DNA of 61,945 nucleotides, filler included, from Mustelus asterias (GCF_964213995.1; 6 parts of 6 records of this genome joined end to end with filler, not necessarily neighbours in it), one strand, 5' to 3'; positions 12,301 through 25,372 are shown, numbered from the whole stretch's first letter. Translations and numbers: made by a program. Notes: generated by a model from the letters alone, not told the origin.

Positions 12301-15300
12301 TCCCTCAGCACTGACCCTCCCACAGTGCGGCGCTCCCTCAGCACTGACCCTCCCACAGTGCGGCGCTCCCTCAGCACTGACCCTCCCACAGTGCGGCGCT
12401 CCCTCAGCACTGACCCTCCCACAGTGCGGCGCTCCCTCAGCACTGACCCTCCCACAGTGTGGCGCTCCCTCAGCACTGACCCTCCCACAGTGCGGCGCTC
12501 CCTCAGCACTGACCCTCCCACAGTGCGGCGCTCCCTCAGCACCGACCCTCCCACAGTGCGGCGCTCCCTCAGCACCGACCCTCCCACAGTGCGGCGCTCC
12601 CTCAGCACCGACCCTCCCACAGTGCGGCGCTCCCTCAGCACTGACCCTCCCACAGTGCGGCACTCCCTCAGCACTGACCCTCCCACAGTCCGGCGCTCCC
12701 TCAGCACTGACCCTCCCACAGTGCGGCGCTCCCTCAGCACTGACCCTCCCACAGTGCGGCGCTCCCTCAGCACTGACCCTCCCACAGTGCGGCGCTCCCT
12801 CAGCACCGACCCTCCCACAGTGCGGCGCTCCCTCAGCACTGACCCTCCCACAGTGCGGCGCTCCCTCAGCACCGACCCTCCCACAGTGCGGCGCTCTCTC
12901 AGCACTAACCCTCCCACAGTGCGGCGCTCCCTCAGCACTAACCCTCCCACAGTGCGGCGCTCCCTCAGCACTGACCCTCCCACAGTGCGGCGCTCCCTCA
13001 GCACCGACCCTCCCACAGTGCGGCGCTCCCTCAGCACTGACCCTCCCACAGTGCGGCGCCCCCTCAGCACCGACCCTCCCACAGTGCGGTGCTCCCTCAG
13101 CACCGACCCTCCCACAGTGCGGCGCTCCCTCAGCACCGACCCTCCCACAGTGCGGTGCTCCCTCAGCACCGACCCTCCCACAGTGCGGCGCTCCCTCAGC
13201 ACTGACCCTCCCACAGTGCGGCGCTCCCTCAGCACTGACCCTCCCACAGTGCGGCGCTCCCTCAGCCCTGACCCTCCCACAGTGCCGCGCTCCCTCAGCA
13301 CTGACCCTCCCACAGTGCGGCGCTCCCTCAGCACTGACCCTCCCACAGTGCAGGCGCTCCCTCAGCACTGACCCTCCCACAGTGCGGCGCTCCCTCAGCA
13401 CTGACCCTCCCACAGTGCGGCGCTCCCTCAGCACTGACCCTCCCACAGTGCGGCGCTCCCTCAGCACTGACCCTCCCACAGTGCGGCGCTCCCTCAGCAC
13501 TGACCCTCCCACAGTGCGGCGCTCCCTCAGCACTGACCCTCCCACAGTCTGGCGCTCCCTCAGCACTGACCCTCCCACAGTGCGGCGCTCCCTCAGCACT
13601 GACCCTCCCACAGTGTGGCGCTCCCTCAGCACTGACCCTCCCACAGTGCGGCGCTCCCTCAGCACTGACCCTCCCACAGTGCGGCGCTCCCTCAGCACTG
13701 ACCCTCCCACAGTGCGGCGCTCCCTCAGCACTGACCCTCCCACAGTGCGGCGCTCCCTCAGCACTGACCCTCCCACAGTGCGGCGCTCCCTCAGCACTAA
13801 CCCTCCCACAGTGCGGCGCTCCCTCAGCACTAACCCTCCCACAGTGCGGCGCTCCCTCAGCACTGACCCTCCCACAGTGCGGCGCTCCCTCAGCACCGAC
13901 CCTCCCACAGTGCGGCGCTTCCTCAGCACTGACCCTCCCACAGTGCGGCGCCCCCTCAGCACCGACCCTCCCACAGTGCGGTGCTCCCTCAGCACCGACC
14001 CTCCCACAGTGCGGCGCTCCCTCAGCACCGACCCTCCCACAGTGCGGTGCTCCCTCAGCACTGACCCTCCCACAGTGCGGCGCTCCCTCAGCACTGACCC
14101 TCCCACAGTGCGGCGCTCCCTCAGCACTGACCCTCCCACAGTGCGGCGCTCCCTCAGCCCTGACCCTCCCACAGTGCAGCGCTCCCTCAGCACTGACCCT
14201 CCCACAGTGCGGCGCTCCCTCAGCACTGACCCTCCCACAGTGCAGGCGCTCCCTCAGCACTGACCCTCCCACAGTGCGGCGCTCCCTCAGCACTGACCCT
14301 CCCACAGTGCGGCGCTCCCTCAGCACTGACCCTCCCACAGTGCGGCGCTCCCTCAGCACTGACCCTCCCACAGTGCGGCGCTCCCTCAGCACTGACCCTC
14401 CCACAGTGCGGCGCTCCCTCAGCACTGACCCTCCCACAGTGTGGCGCTCCCTCAGCACTGACCCTCCCACAGTGCGGCGCTCCCTCAGCACTGACCCTCC
14501 CACAGTGCGGCGCTCCCTCAGCACTGACCCTCCCACAGTGCGGCGTTCCCTCAGCACCGACCCTCCCACAGTGCGGCACTCCCTCAGCACCGACCCTCCC
14601 ACAGTGCGGCGCTCCCTCAGCACTGACCCTCCCACAGTGCGGCGCTCCCTCAGCACCGACCCTCCCACAGTGCGGCGCTCCCTCAGCACTGACCCTCCCA
14701 CAGTGCGGCACTCCCTCAGCACTGACCCTCCCACAGTGCGGCACTCCCTCAGCACCGACCCTCCCACGGTGCGGCACTCCCTCAGCACTGACCCTCCCAC
14801 AGTGCAGCGCTCCCTCAGCACCGACCCTCCCACAGTGCGGCGCTCCCTCAGCACCGACCCTCCCACAGTGCGGCTCTCCCTCAGCACTGACCCTCCCACA
14901 GTGCGGCACACCCTCAGCACTGACCCTCCCACAGTGCGGCGCTCCCTCAGCACTGACCCTCCCACAGTGCGGCACTCCCTCAGCACTGACCCTCCCACAG
15001 TCCGGCGCTCCCTCAGCACTGACCCTCCCACAGTGCGGCGCTCCCTCAGCACTGACCCTCCCACAGTGCGGCGCTCCCTCAGCACTGACCCTCCCACAGT
15101 GCGGCGCTCCCTCAGCACCGACCCTCCCACAGTGCGGCGCTCCCTCAGCACTGACCCTCCCACAGTGCGGCGCTCCCTCAGCACTGACCCTCCCACAGTG
15201 CGGCGCTCCCTCAGCACTAACCCTCCCACAGTGCGGCACTCCCTCAGCACTAACCCTCCCACAGTGCGGCGCTCCCTCAGCACTGACCCTGCCACAGTGC

Positions 15301-18300
15301 GGCGCTCCCTCAGCACCGACCCTCCCACAGTGCGGCGCTCCCTCAGCACTGACCCTCCCACAGTGCGGCGCCCCCTCAGCACCGACCCTCCCACAGTGCG
15401 GTGCTCCCTCAGCACCGACCCTCCCACAGTGCGGCGCTCCCTCAGCACCGACCCTCCCACAGTGCGGTGCTCCCTCAGCACTGACCCTCCCACAGTGCGG
15501 CGCTCCCTCAGCACTGACCCTCCCACAGTGCGGCGCTCCCTCAGCACTGACCCTCCCACAGTGCGGCGCTCCCTCAGCCCTGACCCTCCCACAGTGCAGC
15601 GCTCCCTCAGCACTGACCCTCCCACAGTGCGGCGCTCCCTCAGCACTGACCCTCCCACAGTGCAGGCGCTCCCTCAGCACTGACCCTCCCACAGTGCGGC
15701 GCTCCCTCAGCACTGACCCTCCCACAGTGCGGCGCTCCCTCAGCACTGACCCTCCCACAGTGCGGCGCTCCCTCAGCACTGACCCTCCCACAGTGCGGCG
15801 CTCCCTCAGCACTGACCCTCCCACAGTGCGGCGCTCCCTCAGCACTGACCCTCCCACAGTGTGGCGCTCCCTCAGCACTGACCCTCCCACAGTGCGGCGC
15901 TCCCTCAGCACTGACCCTCCCACAGTGCGGCGCTCCCTCAGCACTGACCCTCCCACAGTGCGGCGCTCCCTCAGCACTGACCCTCCCACAGTGCGGCGCT
16001 CCCTCAGCACTGACCCTCCCACAGTGCGGCGCTCCCTCAGCACTGACCCTCCCACAGTGCGGCGCTCCCTCAGAACTGACCCTCCCACAGTGCAGTGCTC
16101 CCTCAGCACTGACCCTCCCACAGTGCGGCGCTCCCTCAGCACTGACCCTCCCACAGTGCAGCGCTCCCTCAGCACTGACCCTCCCACAGTGCGGCGCTCC
16201 CTCAGCACTGACCCTCCCACAGTGCGGCGCTCCCTCAGCACTGACCCTCCCACAGTGCGGCGCTCCCTCAGCACCGACCCTCCCACAGTGCGGCGCTCCC
16301 TCAGCACTGACCCTCCCACAGTGCGGCGCTCCCTCAGCACCGACCCTCCCACAGTGCGGCGCTCCCTCAGCACTGACCCTCCCACAGTGCGGCGCTCCCT
16401 CAGCACTGACCCTCCCACAGTGCGGCGCTCCCTCAGCACTGACCCTCCCACAGTGCGGCGCTCCCTCAGCACTGACCCTCCCACAGTGCGGCGCTCCCTC
16501 AGCACCGACCCTCCCACAGTGCGGCACTCCTGTATACGTTCTGACTGCGAGGCAGCGAGGTAGATCGGGAAGGGTCTCCCTCACAATCGTTCTCGGTATT
16601 CGAGACTTTCCGGTACGTACCTGTTCCGATTGCTGGAAAAGCGACTGATTCGTATTGCCGTTTGTAGCATTCCTGCAGGACATTCTGCACCGCTTGCCGT
16701 ATCACCGCCAGGTTATCATCACCCGATACGTGCATGATAGCTTTGCAATTCAATTTTCCCCCCTTTGTACATACGACTATCCCATTGCTCATGTCAACTG
16801 GAGAGGGAGAGAGAGAGAACGCAGTGGAAACATTACACAGAGTAATACATCAGAGAAGCTGTCCATTCAGCCCATCCAGCCTGTGCTAGCTCTCGCCCTC
16901 CAGTCCAGGTCTTACCGCTCAGGGCCTCACAGCTCAGGGACTCCCAGCTAAAGGCCTACAATCCAGATCTCACAGCCTGGGATCTCCCAGCTAAGGGCCT
17001 ACAATCCAGGCCTCACAGCTCAGGACCTCCCAGCTAAGGGCCGACAATCCAGGCTTCACAGCCTGGGATCTCCCAGCTAAGGGCCTACAAACCAGGCCTC
17101 ACAGCTCAGGGCCTCACAGCTTAGGGCCTACTCTCTTGGCCTCCCAGTTCGAGGCCTCTCAGCTCAGGGCCTCTCAGCTCAGGGCCTCACAGCTCAGGGC
17201 CTCATAATCAGGGCCTACAGTCCAGGCCTCTCAGCTCAGGCCTCACCGTTTGGGGCCTTGCAACCCAGGCCTCAACGTTTTGGGCCTAACAGCTCAGGCC
17301 TCACCGCTTGGGGCCTCACAGCTCAGGCGTCGCCATTTGGGACCTCACCGCTTAGGGCCTAACCGCTCAGGGCCTAACCGCTCAGACCAAACTATGTGGG
17401 GCCTAACAACTCAGGCCTCACCATTTGGATCTCACCGTTTGGGGTCTAACAGCTCTGGCCTCACCATTTGGGCCTCACCGTTTGGGGCCTAACAGCTCAG
17501 GCCTCACAGTTTGGGGCCTTTGAACTCAGGCCTCAACATTTTGGGCCTAAGAGCTCAGGCCTCACCTTTTGGGGCCTAACAGCTCAGGCCTCATCATTTG
17601 GACCTCACCGTGTGGGGCCTCAAAGCTTAGGCCTCACCGTTTGGGGCCTCACAGCTCAGGCCTCACCGTTTGGGGCCTCACAGCTCAGGCCTCACCGTTT
17701 GGGGCCTCACAGCTCAGGCCTCACCATTCCGGGCCTAACAGCTCAGGCCTCATCGTTTGGAACCTAACAGCTCAGGCCTCATCGTTTGGAACCTAACAGC
17801 TCAGGCCTCGCCGTTTCGGGCCTAACAGCTCAGGCCTCACCATTTGGAACCTAACAGCTCAGGCCTCACCGTTTGGGGCCTCACAGCTCAGGCCTCACCG
17901 TTTGGGGCCTCACAGCTCAGGCCTCACCATTCCGGGCCTAACAGCTCAGGCCTCACCGTTTGGGGCCTCACAGCTCAGGCCTCGCCGTTTGGGGCCTAAC
18001 AGCTCAGGCCTCGCCGTTTGGGGCCTCACAGCTCAGGCCTCGCCGTTTGGAACCTAACAGCTCAGGCCTCGCCGTTTGGGGCCTAACAGCTCAGGCCTCA
18101 CCGTTTGGAGCCTCACAGCTCAGGCCTCACCGTTTGGGGCCTCACAGCTCAGGCCTCACCGTTTGGGGCCTAACAGCTCAGGCCTCACCGTTTGGAACCT
18201 AACAGCTCAGGCCTCACCATTTCGGGCCTAACAGCTCAGGCCTCACCGTTTGGGGCCTAACAGCTCAGGCCTCGCCGTTTGGGGCCTAACAGCTCAGGCC

Positions 18301-20542
18301 TCACCGTTTGGGGCCTCACAGCTCAGGCCTCACCATTTCGGGCCTAACAGCTCAGGCCTCACCGTTTGGGGCCTAACAGCTCAGGCCTCACCGTTTGGGG
18401 CCTAACAGCTCAGGCCTCACTGTTTGCAGTTGCTGTTTGGAAACAGTACGTCTCCTGAAGCTTGTTCCCCGCCCCCATCCTCTGAATTGAAAGGTAGAAT
18501 TACCGGTTTTAAGCATTCCATGAAAATCCATTTTGGCCGCTTTGCTGATTGCGTGGGAAACCCCTGCAGGACAAACAGGGGAAAAAAATCGAAATTAAAG
18601 CAACTCAAAGAAAGACGGAACGTCCTGACATTCCCGGTGAATTTAGGGGATCCCATGAGAGGATGCTGGAGACACATGTCCAAGAATCCACTACCAACGC
18701 ATCATGAAGACAAACACCAGGGCAGGACGCCACATGAAGATTACAGGAGATATTATGGTCCCTTAATAATTAACTGTGTCCAAATCAGAATAACACTGGC
18801 ATTATTCAATGTTGTTCCCTGTCCTGGGAGTGTTTGATGGGGGACAGTGTAGAGGGAGCTTTACTCTGTATCTAACCCCGTGCTGTACCTGTCCTGGGAG
18901 TGTTTGATGGGGGGCAGTGTAGAGGGAGCTTTACTCTGTATCTAACCCCGTGCTGTACCTGTCCTGGGAGTGTTTGATGGGGGACAGTGCAGAGGGAGCT
19001 TTACTCTGTATCTAACCCCGTGCTGCACCTGTCCTGGGAGTGTTTGATGGGGACAGTGTAGAGGGAGCTTTACTCTGTATCTAACCCCGTGCTGTCGCTG
19101 TCTTGTGAGTGTTTGATGGGGAGACAGTGTAGAGGGAGCTTTACTCTGTATCTAACCCCGTGCTGTACCTGTCCTGGGAGTGTTTGATGGGGGACAGTGT
19201 AGAGGGAGCTTTACTCTGTATCTAACCCCGTGCTGTACCTGTCCTGGGAGTGTTTGATGGGGAGACAGTGTCGAGGGAGCTTTACTCTGTATCTAACCCC
19301 GTGCTGTACCTGTCCTGGGAGTGTTTGATGGGGGCAGTGTAGAGGGAGCTTTACTCTGTATCTAACCCCGTGCTGTACCTGTCCTGGGAGTGTTTGATGG
19401 GGACAGTGTAGAGGGAGCTTTACTCTGTATCTAACCCCGTGCTGTACCTGTCCTGGGAGTGTTTGATGGGGACAGTTTGTTTTGATTTGATATATTATTG
19501 TCACATGCAATGGTATACAACATATAATACTGTGGGCAGCACGGTGGCACAGTGGTTAGCACTGCTGCCTCACAGCGCCATGGACCCAGGCTCGATTCCT
19601 GGCTTGGGTCAGTGTCTGTGTGAAGTCTCCACGTTCTCCCCGTGTCTCGGTTTCCTCCGGTTTCCTCCCACAGTCCGAAAGACGTGCTGGTTAGGGTGCA
19701 TTGGCCGTGCTAAATTCTCCCTCAGTGTTACCTGAACCGGCGCTGGCGTGTGGCGACTGGGGGATTTTCACAGTAACTTCATTGCAGTGTTAATGTAAGC
19801 CAATCTGTGACTAATAAATAATCAAATCCACCTCATAATGAGGAATGGTTGAGGACTCTGGGTCTGTACTCGTTGGAGTTTAGAAGGATGAGGGGGGATC
19901 TTATTGAAACTTACAGGACACTGCGAGGCCTGGATAGAGTGAACATGGAGAGGATGTTTCCACTAGTAGGAAAAACTAGAACCAGAGGGCACAACCTCAG
20001 GCTAAAGGGACGATCCTTTAAAACAGAGATGAGGAGGAATTTTTTCAGCCAGAGAGTGGTGAATCTGTGGAAGTCTTTGCCGCAGAAGGCTGTGGAGGCC
20101 GGGTCATTGAGTGTCTTTAAGACAGAGATAGATAGGTTCTTGATTAATAAGGGGATCAGGGATTATGGGGAAAAGGCAGGAGAATGGGGATGAGAAAAAT
20201 ATCAGCCATGATTGAATGGGGGAGCAGACTCGATGGGCCGAGTGGCCTCATTCTGCTCCTATATCTCATGGTCCAACCACTGGGCCAGCGTGCTGCCCTT
20301 GGTTCCTGCTGTGAATTTGGATTTATGTTTGTAGATTTATCCTGAAATTTATCCAAGGTCCTTTCACAACATGAGATGATAAGAAATACCGTTACCGGAT
20401 TTAGGAGGGTGGTAACCTGTTGAGTTGACAATGGCATCGACTCTTTCCATGGTGATATCTCCATTGGAGACTTGCAGGGTAATGTTTCCAAGTTTCACCC
20501 GGATTGATGTTCCACCAAAGGACCACGAGTGATAAGAGGCAC
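9316..20542 (-). CDS. PARP14: PARP14-like macrodomain protein, 5'-partial; exons 20542-20396, 18563-18504, 16797-16621, 10549-10361, 9905-9316
   Basis: All introns are GT-AG, phase 1, and keep the frame. The joined protein reads LGNITLQVSNGDITMERVDAIVNST..GVSHAISKAA..TKGGKLNCKAIMHV..VQNVLQEC..YESVAFPAIGTG..VMFDTI..IRIVI (like PARP14 macro3), then a KH-like stretch and a WWE-like end (KVRWCYTVDGKELPFEPAVSFELE...KIRRVE). Orthology versus paralogy is unresolved. Confidence 0.85.
9980..10305 (-). mobile_element. Rex1/Babar-type LINE 3' end (other copies 25513-25804 and 33188-33510)
   Basis: The three copies share sequence. The 33187..33552 ORF reads IIKDPMHPGHSLFHLLP..RFFPAAVRLLN, typical of the Rex1 ORF C-terminus. 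Confidence 0.75.
10720..16529 (+). repeat. 33-bp minisatellite (CAGCACTGACCCTCCCACAGTGCGGCGCTCCCT)n, ~175 units, inside a PARP14-like intron
   Basis: Direct 33-bp periodicity; it produces the spurious long ORFs in the track. Confidence 0.98.
16915..18420 (+). repeat. 29-bp minisatellite (GGCCTCACCGTTTGGGGCCTAACAGCTCA)n built from 14/15-bp subunits, degenerate at its left end
   Basis: Direct periodicity from ~17560 to 18420; AGGGCCTCACAGCTC-like units from 16915 to 17250. Confidence 0.93.
18820..19475 (+). repeat. 69-71-bp minisatellite (CTGTATCTAACCCCGTGCTGTACCTGTCCTGGGAGTGTTTGATGGGGACAGTGTAGAGGGAGCTTTACT)n
   Basis: About 9 units; length varies with the G-run. Confidence 0.95.
19533..19818 (+). 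mobile_element. tRNA-derived SINE
   Basis: Head GGCAGCACGGTGGCACAGTGGTTAGCACTGCTGCCTCACAGC with a B-box-like segment and an AATAAA tail. Confidence 0.85.
19835..20270 (+). mobile_element. CR1 LINE 3' fragment
   Basis: LGLYSLEFRRMRGDLIETY..TRGH..RRNFFSQRVVNLW. Confidence 0.9.
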
Positions 20543-20774
20543 CTGGGGGAGAAAGAAAGTTGGGAATGTTAGTGCCTTCGGTGACGGACACATTCTTACT
20601 CCGATACACAGCAACGGAAAAAGGCTATTCGGTCCATTGGTCCCTCATGCTGGTGCTTCTGTTCCTCTCCAGTCTCCTCCCGCCTTCCCTCATCAAAACC
20701 ACCCTTTCATCCCTTCCTTCCTCCCCTCTTTCCCCAGTTTCCCCCCCCGTCAGACACATCGGCACGCCTCACCT

Positions 20775-23690
20775 TCTGTATCTAACTCCGTGCTGTACCT
20801 GTCCTGGGAGTGTTTGGTGGGGACAGTGTAGAGGGAGCTTTACTCTGTATCTAACCCCGTGCTGTACCTGTCCTGGGAGTGTTTGATGGGGGACAGTGTA
20901 GAGGGAGCTTTACTCTGTATCTAACCCCGTGCTGTACCTGTCCTGGGAGTGTTTGATGGGGACAGTGGAGAGGGAGCTTTACTCTGTATCTAACCCCGTG
21001 CTGTACCTGTCCTGGGAGTGTTTGATGGGGACAGTGTAGAGGGAGCTTTACTCTGTATCTAACCCCGTGCTGTACCTGTCCTGGGAGTGTTTGATGGGGA
21101 CAGTGTAGAGGGAGCTTTACTCTGTATCTAACCCCGTGCTGTACCTGTCCTGGGAGTGTTTGATGGGGGACAGTGTAGAGGGAGCTTTACTCTGTATCTA
21201 ACCCCGTGCTGTACCTGTCCTGGGAGTGTTTGATGGGGGACAGTGTAGAGGGAGCTTTACTCTGTATCTAACCCCGTGCTGTACCTGTCCTGGGAGTGTT
21301 TGATGGGGGACAGTGTAGAGGGAGCTTTACTCTGTATCTAACCCCGTGCTGTACCTGTCCTGGGAGTGTTTGATGGGGACAGTGTAGAGGGAGCTTCACT
21401 CTGTATCTAACCCCGTGCTGTACCTGTCCTGGGAGTGTTTGATGGGGACTGTGTAGAGGGAGCTTTACTCTGTATCTAACCCCGTGCTGGACCTGTCCTG
21501 GGAGTGTTTGATGGGGACAGTGTAGAGGGAGCTTTACTCTGTATCTAACTCCGTGCTGTACCTGTCCTGGGAGTGTTTGATGGGGGACAGTGTAGAGGGA
21601 GCTTTACTCTGTATCTAACCCCGTGCTGTACCTGTCCTGGGATTGTTTGATGGGGAACAGTGTAGAGGGAGCTTTACTCTGTATCTAACCCCGTGCTGTA
21701 CCTGTCCTGGGAGTGTTTGATGGGGGATAGTGTAGAGGGAGCTTTACTCTGTATCTAACCCCGTGCTGTACCTGTCCTGGGAGTGTTTGATGGGGACAGT
21801 GTAGAGGGAGCTTTACTCTGTATCTAACCCCGTGCTGTACCTGTCCTGGGAGTGTTTGATGGGGGACAGTGTAGAGGGAGCTTTACTCTGTATCTAACCC
21901 CGTGCTGTACCTGTCCTGGGAGTGTTTGATGGGGGACAGTGTAGAGGGAGCTTTACTCTGTATCTAACCCCGTGCTGTACCTGTCCTGGGAGTGTTTGAT
22001 GGGGGACAGTGTAGAGGGAGCTTTACTCTGTATCTAACCCCGTGCTGTACCTGTCCTGGGAGTGTTTGATGGGGACAGTGTAGAGGGAGCTTTATTCTGT
22101 ACCTAACCCCGTGCTGTACCTGTCCTGGGAGTGTTTGATGGGGTCAGTGGAGAGGGAGCTTTACTCTGTATATAACCCCGTGCTGTACCTGTCCTGGGAG
22201 TGTTTGATGGGGGACAGTGTAGAGGGAGCTTTACTCTGTATCTAGCCCGGGCTGTACCTGTCCTGGGAGTGTTTGATGGGGGACAGTGTAGAGGGAGCTT
22301 TACTCTGTATCTAACCCCGTGCTGTACCTGTCCTGGGAGTGTTTGATGGGGACAGTGTAGAGGGAGCTTTATTCTGTACCTAACCCCGTGCTGTACCTGT
22401 CCTGGGAGTGTTTGATGGGGTCAGTGTAGAGGGAGCTTTACTCTGTATATAACCCCGTGCTGTACCTGTCCTGGGAGTGTTTGATGGGGGACAGTGTAGA
22501 GGGAGCTTTACTCTGTATCTAACCCCGTGCTGTACCTGTCCTGGGATTGTTTGATGGGGGACAGTGTAGAGGGAGCTTTACTCTGTATCTAACCCCGTGC
22601 TGTACCTGTCCTGGGAGTGTTTGATGGGGGATAGTGTAGAGGGAGCTTTACTCTGTATCTAACCCCGTGCTGTACCTGTCCTGGGAGTGTTTGATGGGGA
22701 CAGTGTAGAGGGAGCTTTACTCTGTATCTAACCCCGTGCTGTACCTGTCCTGGGAGTGTTTGATGGGGACAGTGTAGAGGGAGCTTTACTCTGTATCTAA
22801 CCCCGTGCTGTACCTGTCCTGGGAGTGTTTGATGGGGGACAGTGTAGAGGGAGCTTTACTCTGTATCTAACCCCGTGCTGTACCTGTCCTGGGAGTGTTT
22901 GATGGGGGACAGTGTAGAGGGAGCTTTACTCTGTATCTAACCCCGTGCTGTACCTGTCCTGGGAGTGTTTGATGGGGACAGTGTAGAGGGAGCTTTATTC
23001 TGTACCTAACCCCGTGCTGTACCTGTCCTGGGAGTGTTTGATGGGGTCAGTGTAGAGGGAGCTTTACTCTGTATATAACCCCGTGCTGTACCTGTCCTGG
23101 GAGTGTTTGATGGGGGACAGTGTAGAGGGAGCTTTACTCTGTATCTAACCCCGTGCTGTACCTGTCCTGGGAGTGTTTGATGGGGACAGTGTAGAGGGAG
23201 CTTTACTCTGTACCTAACCCCGTGCTGTACCTGTCCTGGGAGTGTTTGATGGGGTCAGTGTAGAGGGAGCTTTACTCTGTATATAACCCCGTGCTGTACC
23301 TGTCCTGGGAGTGTTTGATGGGGGACAGTGTAGAGGGAGCTTTACTCTGTATCGAACCCCGTGCTGTACCTGTCCTGGGAGTGTTTGATGGGGAGACAGT
23401 GTAGAGGGAGCTTTACTCTGTATCTAACCCCGTGCTGTACCTGTCCTGGGAGTGTTTGATGGGGGACAGTGTAGAGGGAGCTTTACTCTGTATCTAACCC
23501 CGTGCTGTACCTGTCCTGGGAGTGTTTGATGGGGGACAGTGTAGAGGGAGCTTTACTCTGTATCTAACCCCGTGCTGTACCTGTCCTGGGAGTGTTTGAT
23601 GGGGGACAGTGTAGAGGGAGCTTTACTCTGTATCTCACCCCGTGCTGTGCCTGTCCTGGGAGTGTTTGATGGGGGACAGTGTAGAGGGAG
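20775..23690 (+). repeat. 69-71-bp minisatellite, ~42 units (same family as 18820-19475)
   Basis: Direct periodicity. Confidence 0.97.
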
Positions 23691-23909
23691 CGGGTCCCAC
23701 ATTCTCCCCTCTGTCCAGAGGACGTAACAAACAGAGGCAGGAGGAGGCTCTTCAAACCCGCCCCGCTATTCATCATGACCATGGCTGATCTACACCGGCC
23801 TCAATCCTTCTCTGCGCCACATCCCCTCTATTCCTCGATCTATCAAATATTTATCCATCTGCAATTTCAATCCTTCTAATGATCCAGGATCCACCTCCCT
23901 TTGGAGCAG

Positions 23910-24675
23910 AGAACAAAGAACAAAGAGCAGTACAGCACAGGGACAGGCCCTTCGGCCCTCCAAGCCTGTGCTGATCATGCTGCCCCGACTGAACTAAAAC
24001 CCCCTACCCTTCCTGGGACCGTATCCCTCTATTCCCATCCTATTCATGTATTTGTCCAGACGCCCCTTAAAACTCACTACCGTATCCGCTTCCACTCCCT
24101 CCCCCGGCAGCGAGTTCCAGGCACCCACCACCCTCTGTGTAAAAAATCTGCCTCGTACATCTCCTTTAAACCTTGCCCCTCGCACCTTAAACCTGTGCCC
24201 CCCTAGTAATTGACTCTTCCACCCTGGGGAAAAAGCTTCTGACTATCCACTCTGTCCATGCCCCTCATAATCTTGTAGACTTCTATCAGGTCGCCCCCTC
24301 AACCTCCGTCGCTCCAGTGAGAACAAACCAAGTTTCTCCAACCTCTCCTCATAGCTAATGCCCTCCATACCAGGCAACATCCTGGTAAATCTTTTCTGGA
24401 CCCTCTCCAAAGCCTCCACATCCTTCTGGTAGTGTGGCGACCAGAATTGAACACTATATTCCAAGTGCGGCCTAACTGAGGTTCTATAAAGCTGCAACAT
24501 GACTTGCCAATTTTTAAACTCAGTGCCCCGGCCGATGAAGGCAAGCATGCCGTATGCCTTCTTGACTACCTTCTCCACCTGCATTGCCACTTTCAGTGAC
24601 CTGTGTACCTGTACACCCAGATCTCTCTGCCTATCAATACTCTTAAGGGTTCTACCATTCACTGTATATTTCCTA
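23910..24675 (-). mobile_element. CR1 LINE fragment
   Basis: ORFs 24243..24707 (VRPHLEYSVQFWSPHY..LERVQKRFTRM) and 23994..24185. Confidence 0.9.
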
Positions 24676-24974
24676 CATGCATCCCAAAGATTCACTACCC
24701 TCTGCAAGAAGGGATTTCTGCATTCCTCAGTTTTAAATGACTGGTCCTTTATTTTGTAGCTATGTCCTCTTGTTCAAGATCCTCTCACGAGTGAAAACAT
24801 TTCATCATCCCCTGTCCTCGAAACATAGAAAATAGCAGGCCATTCGGCCCTCGGCAGTGGGATGAGAAATGGCAAATGGAATTCAATACAGATAAGTGTG
24901 AGGTGTTGCATTTTGGAAAATCAAATCAAGGTCGGACTTTCACGGTGAATGGTGGGACCTGAGGGAGTGTCGTG

Positions 24975-25372
24975 GTGTGGAGATGCCGGCGTTGGACTGG
25001 GGTAAACACAGTAAGAGTTTTAACAACACCAGGTTAAAGTCCAACAGGTTTATTTGGTAGCAAATGCCACTAGCTTTCGGAGCGCTGCTCCTTCGTCAGA
25101 TGGAGTGGAAATCTGCTCTCAAACAGGGCACAGAGACACAAAATCAAGTTACAGAATACTGATTAGAATGCGAATCCCTCCAGCCAACCAGATCTTAAAG
25201 ATACAGACAATGTGGGTGGAGGGAGCATTAAGCACAGGTTAAAGAGATGTGTATTGTCTCCAGACAGGACAGCCAGCAAGTCCAGGAGTCAAGCTGTGGG
25301 GGTTACTGAGAATGTGACATAAATCCAACATCCTGGTTTAGGCTGTCCTCATGTGTGCGGAACTTGGCTATC
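24975..25372 (-). mobile_element. Penelope-like element 3' end, nested in a CR1 fragment (~24855-25510)
   Basis: Reverse complement of the same family as 42460-43010; contains CTGACGAAGGAGCAGCGCTCCGAAAGCTAG. Confidence 0.7.

Noticed and set aside
10686-16683. Very long ORFs (up to 886 aa) on both strands
   Set aside because: They are translations of a 33-bp minisatellite inside an intron; the unit length is a multiple of 3 and several frames lack stops.
19545-19560. CACAGTG in SINE heads as RSS
   Set aside because: It is part of the tRNA-derived A-box region and has no nonamer.
10720-23690. Regular repeats as possible CRISPR-like arrays
   Set aside because: Head-to-tail units with no unique spacers, in a vertebrate context.
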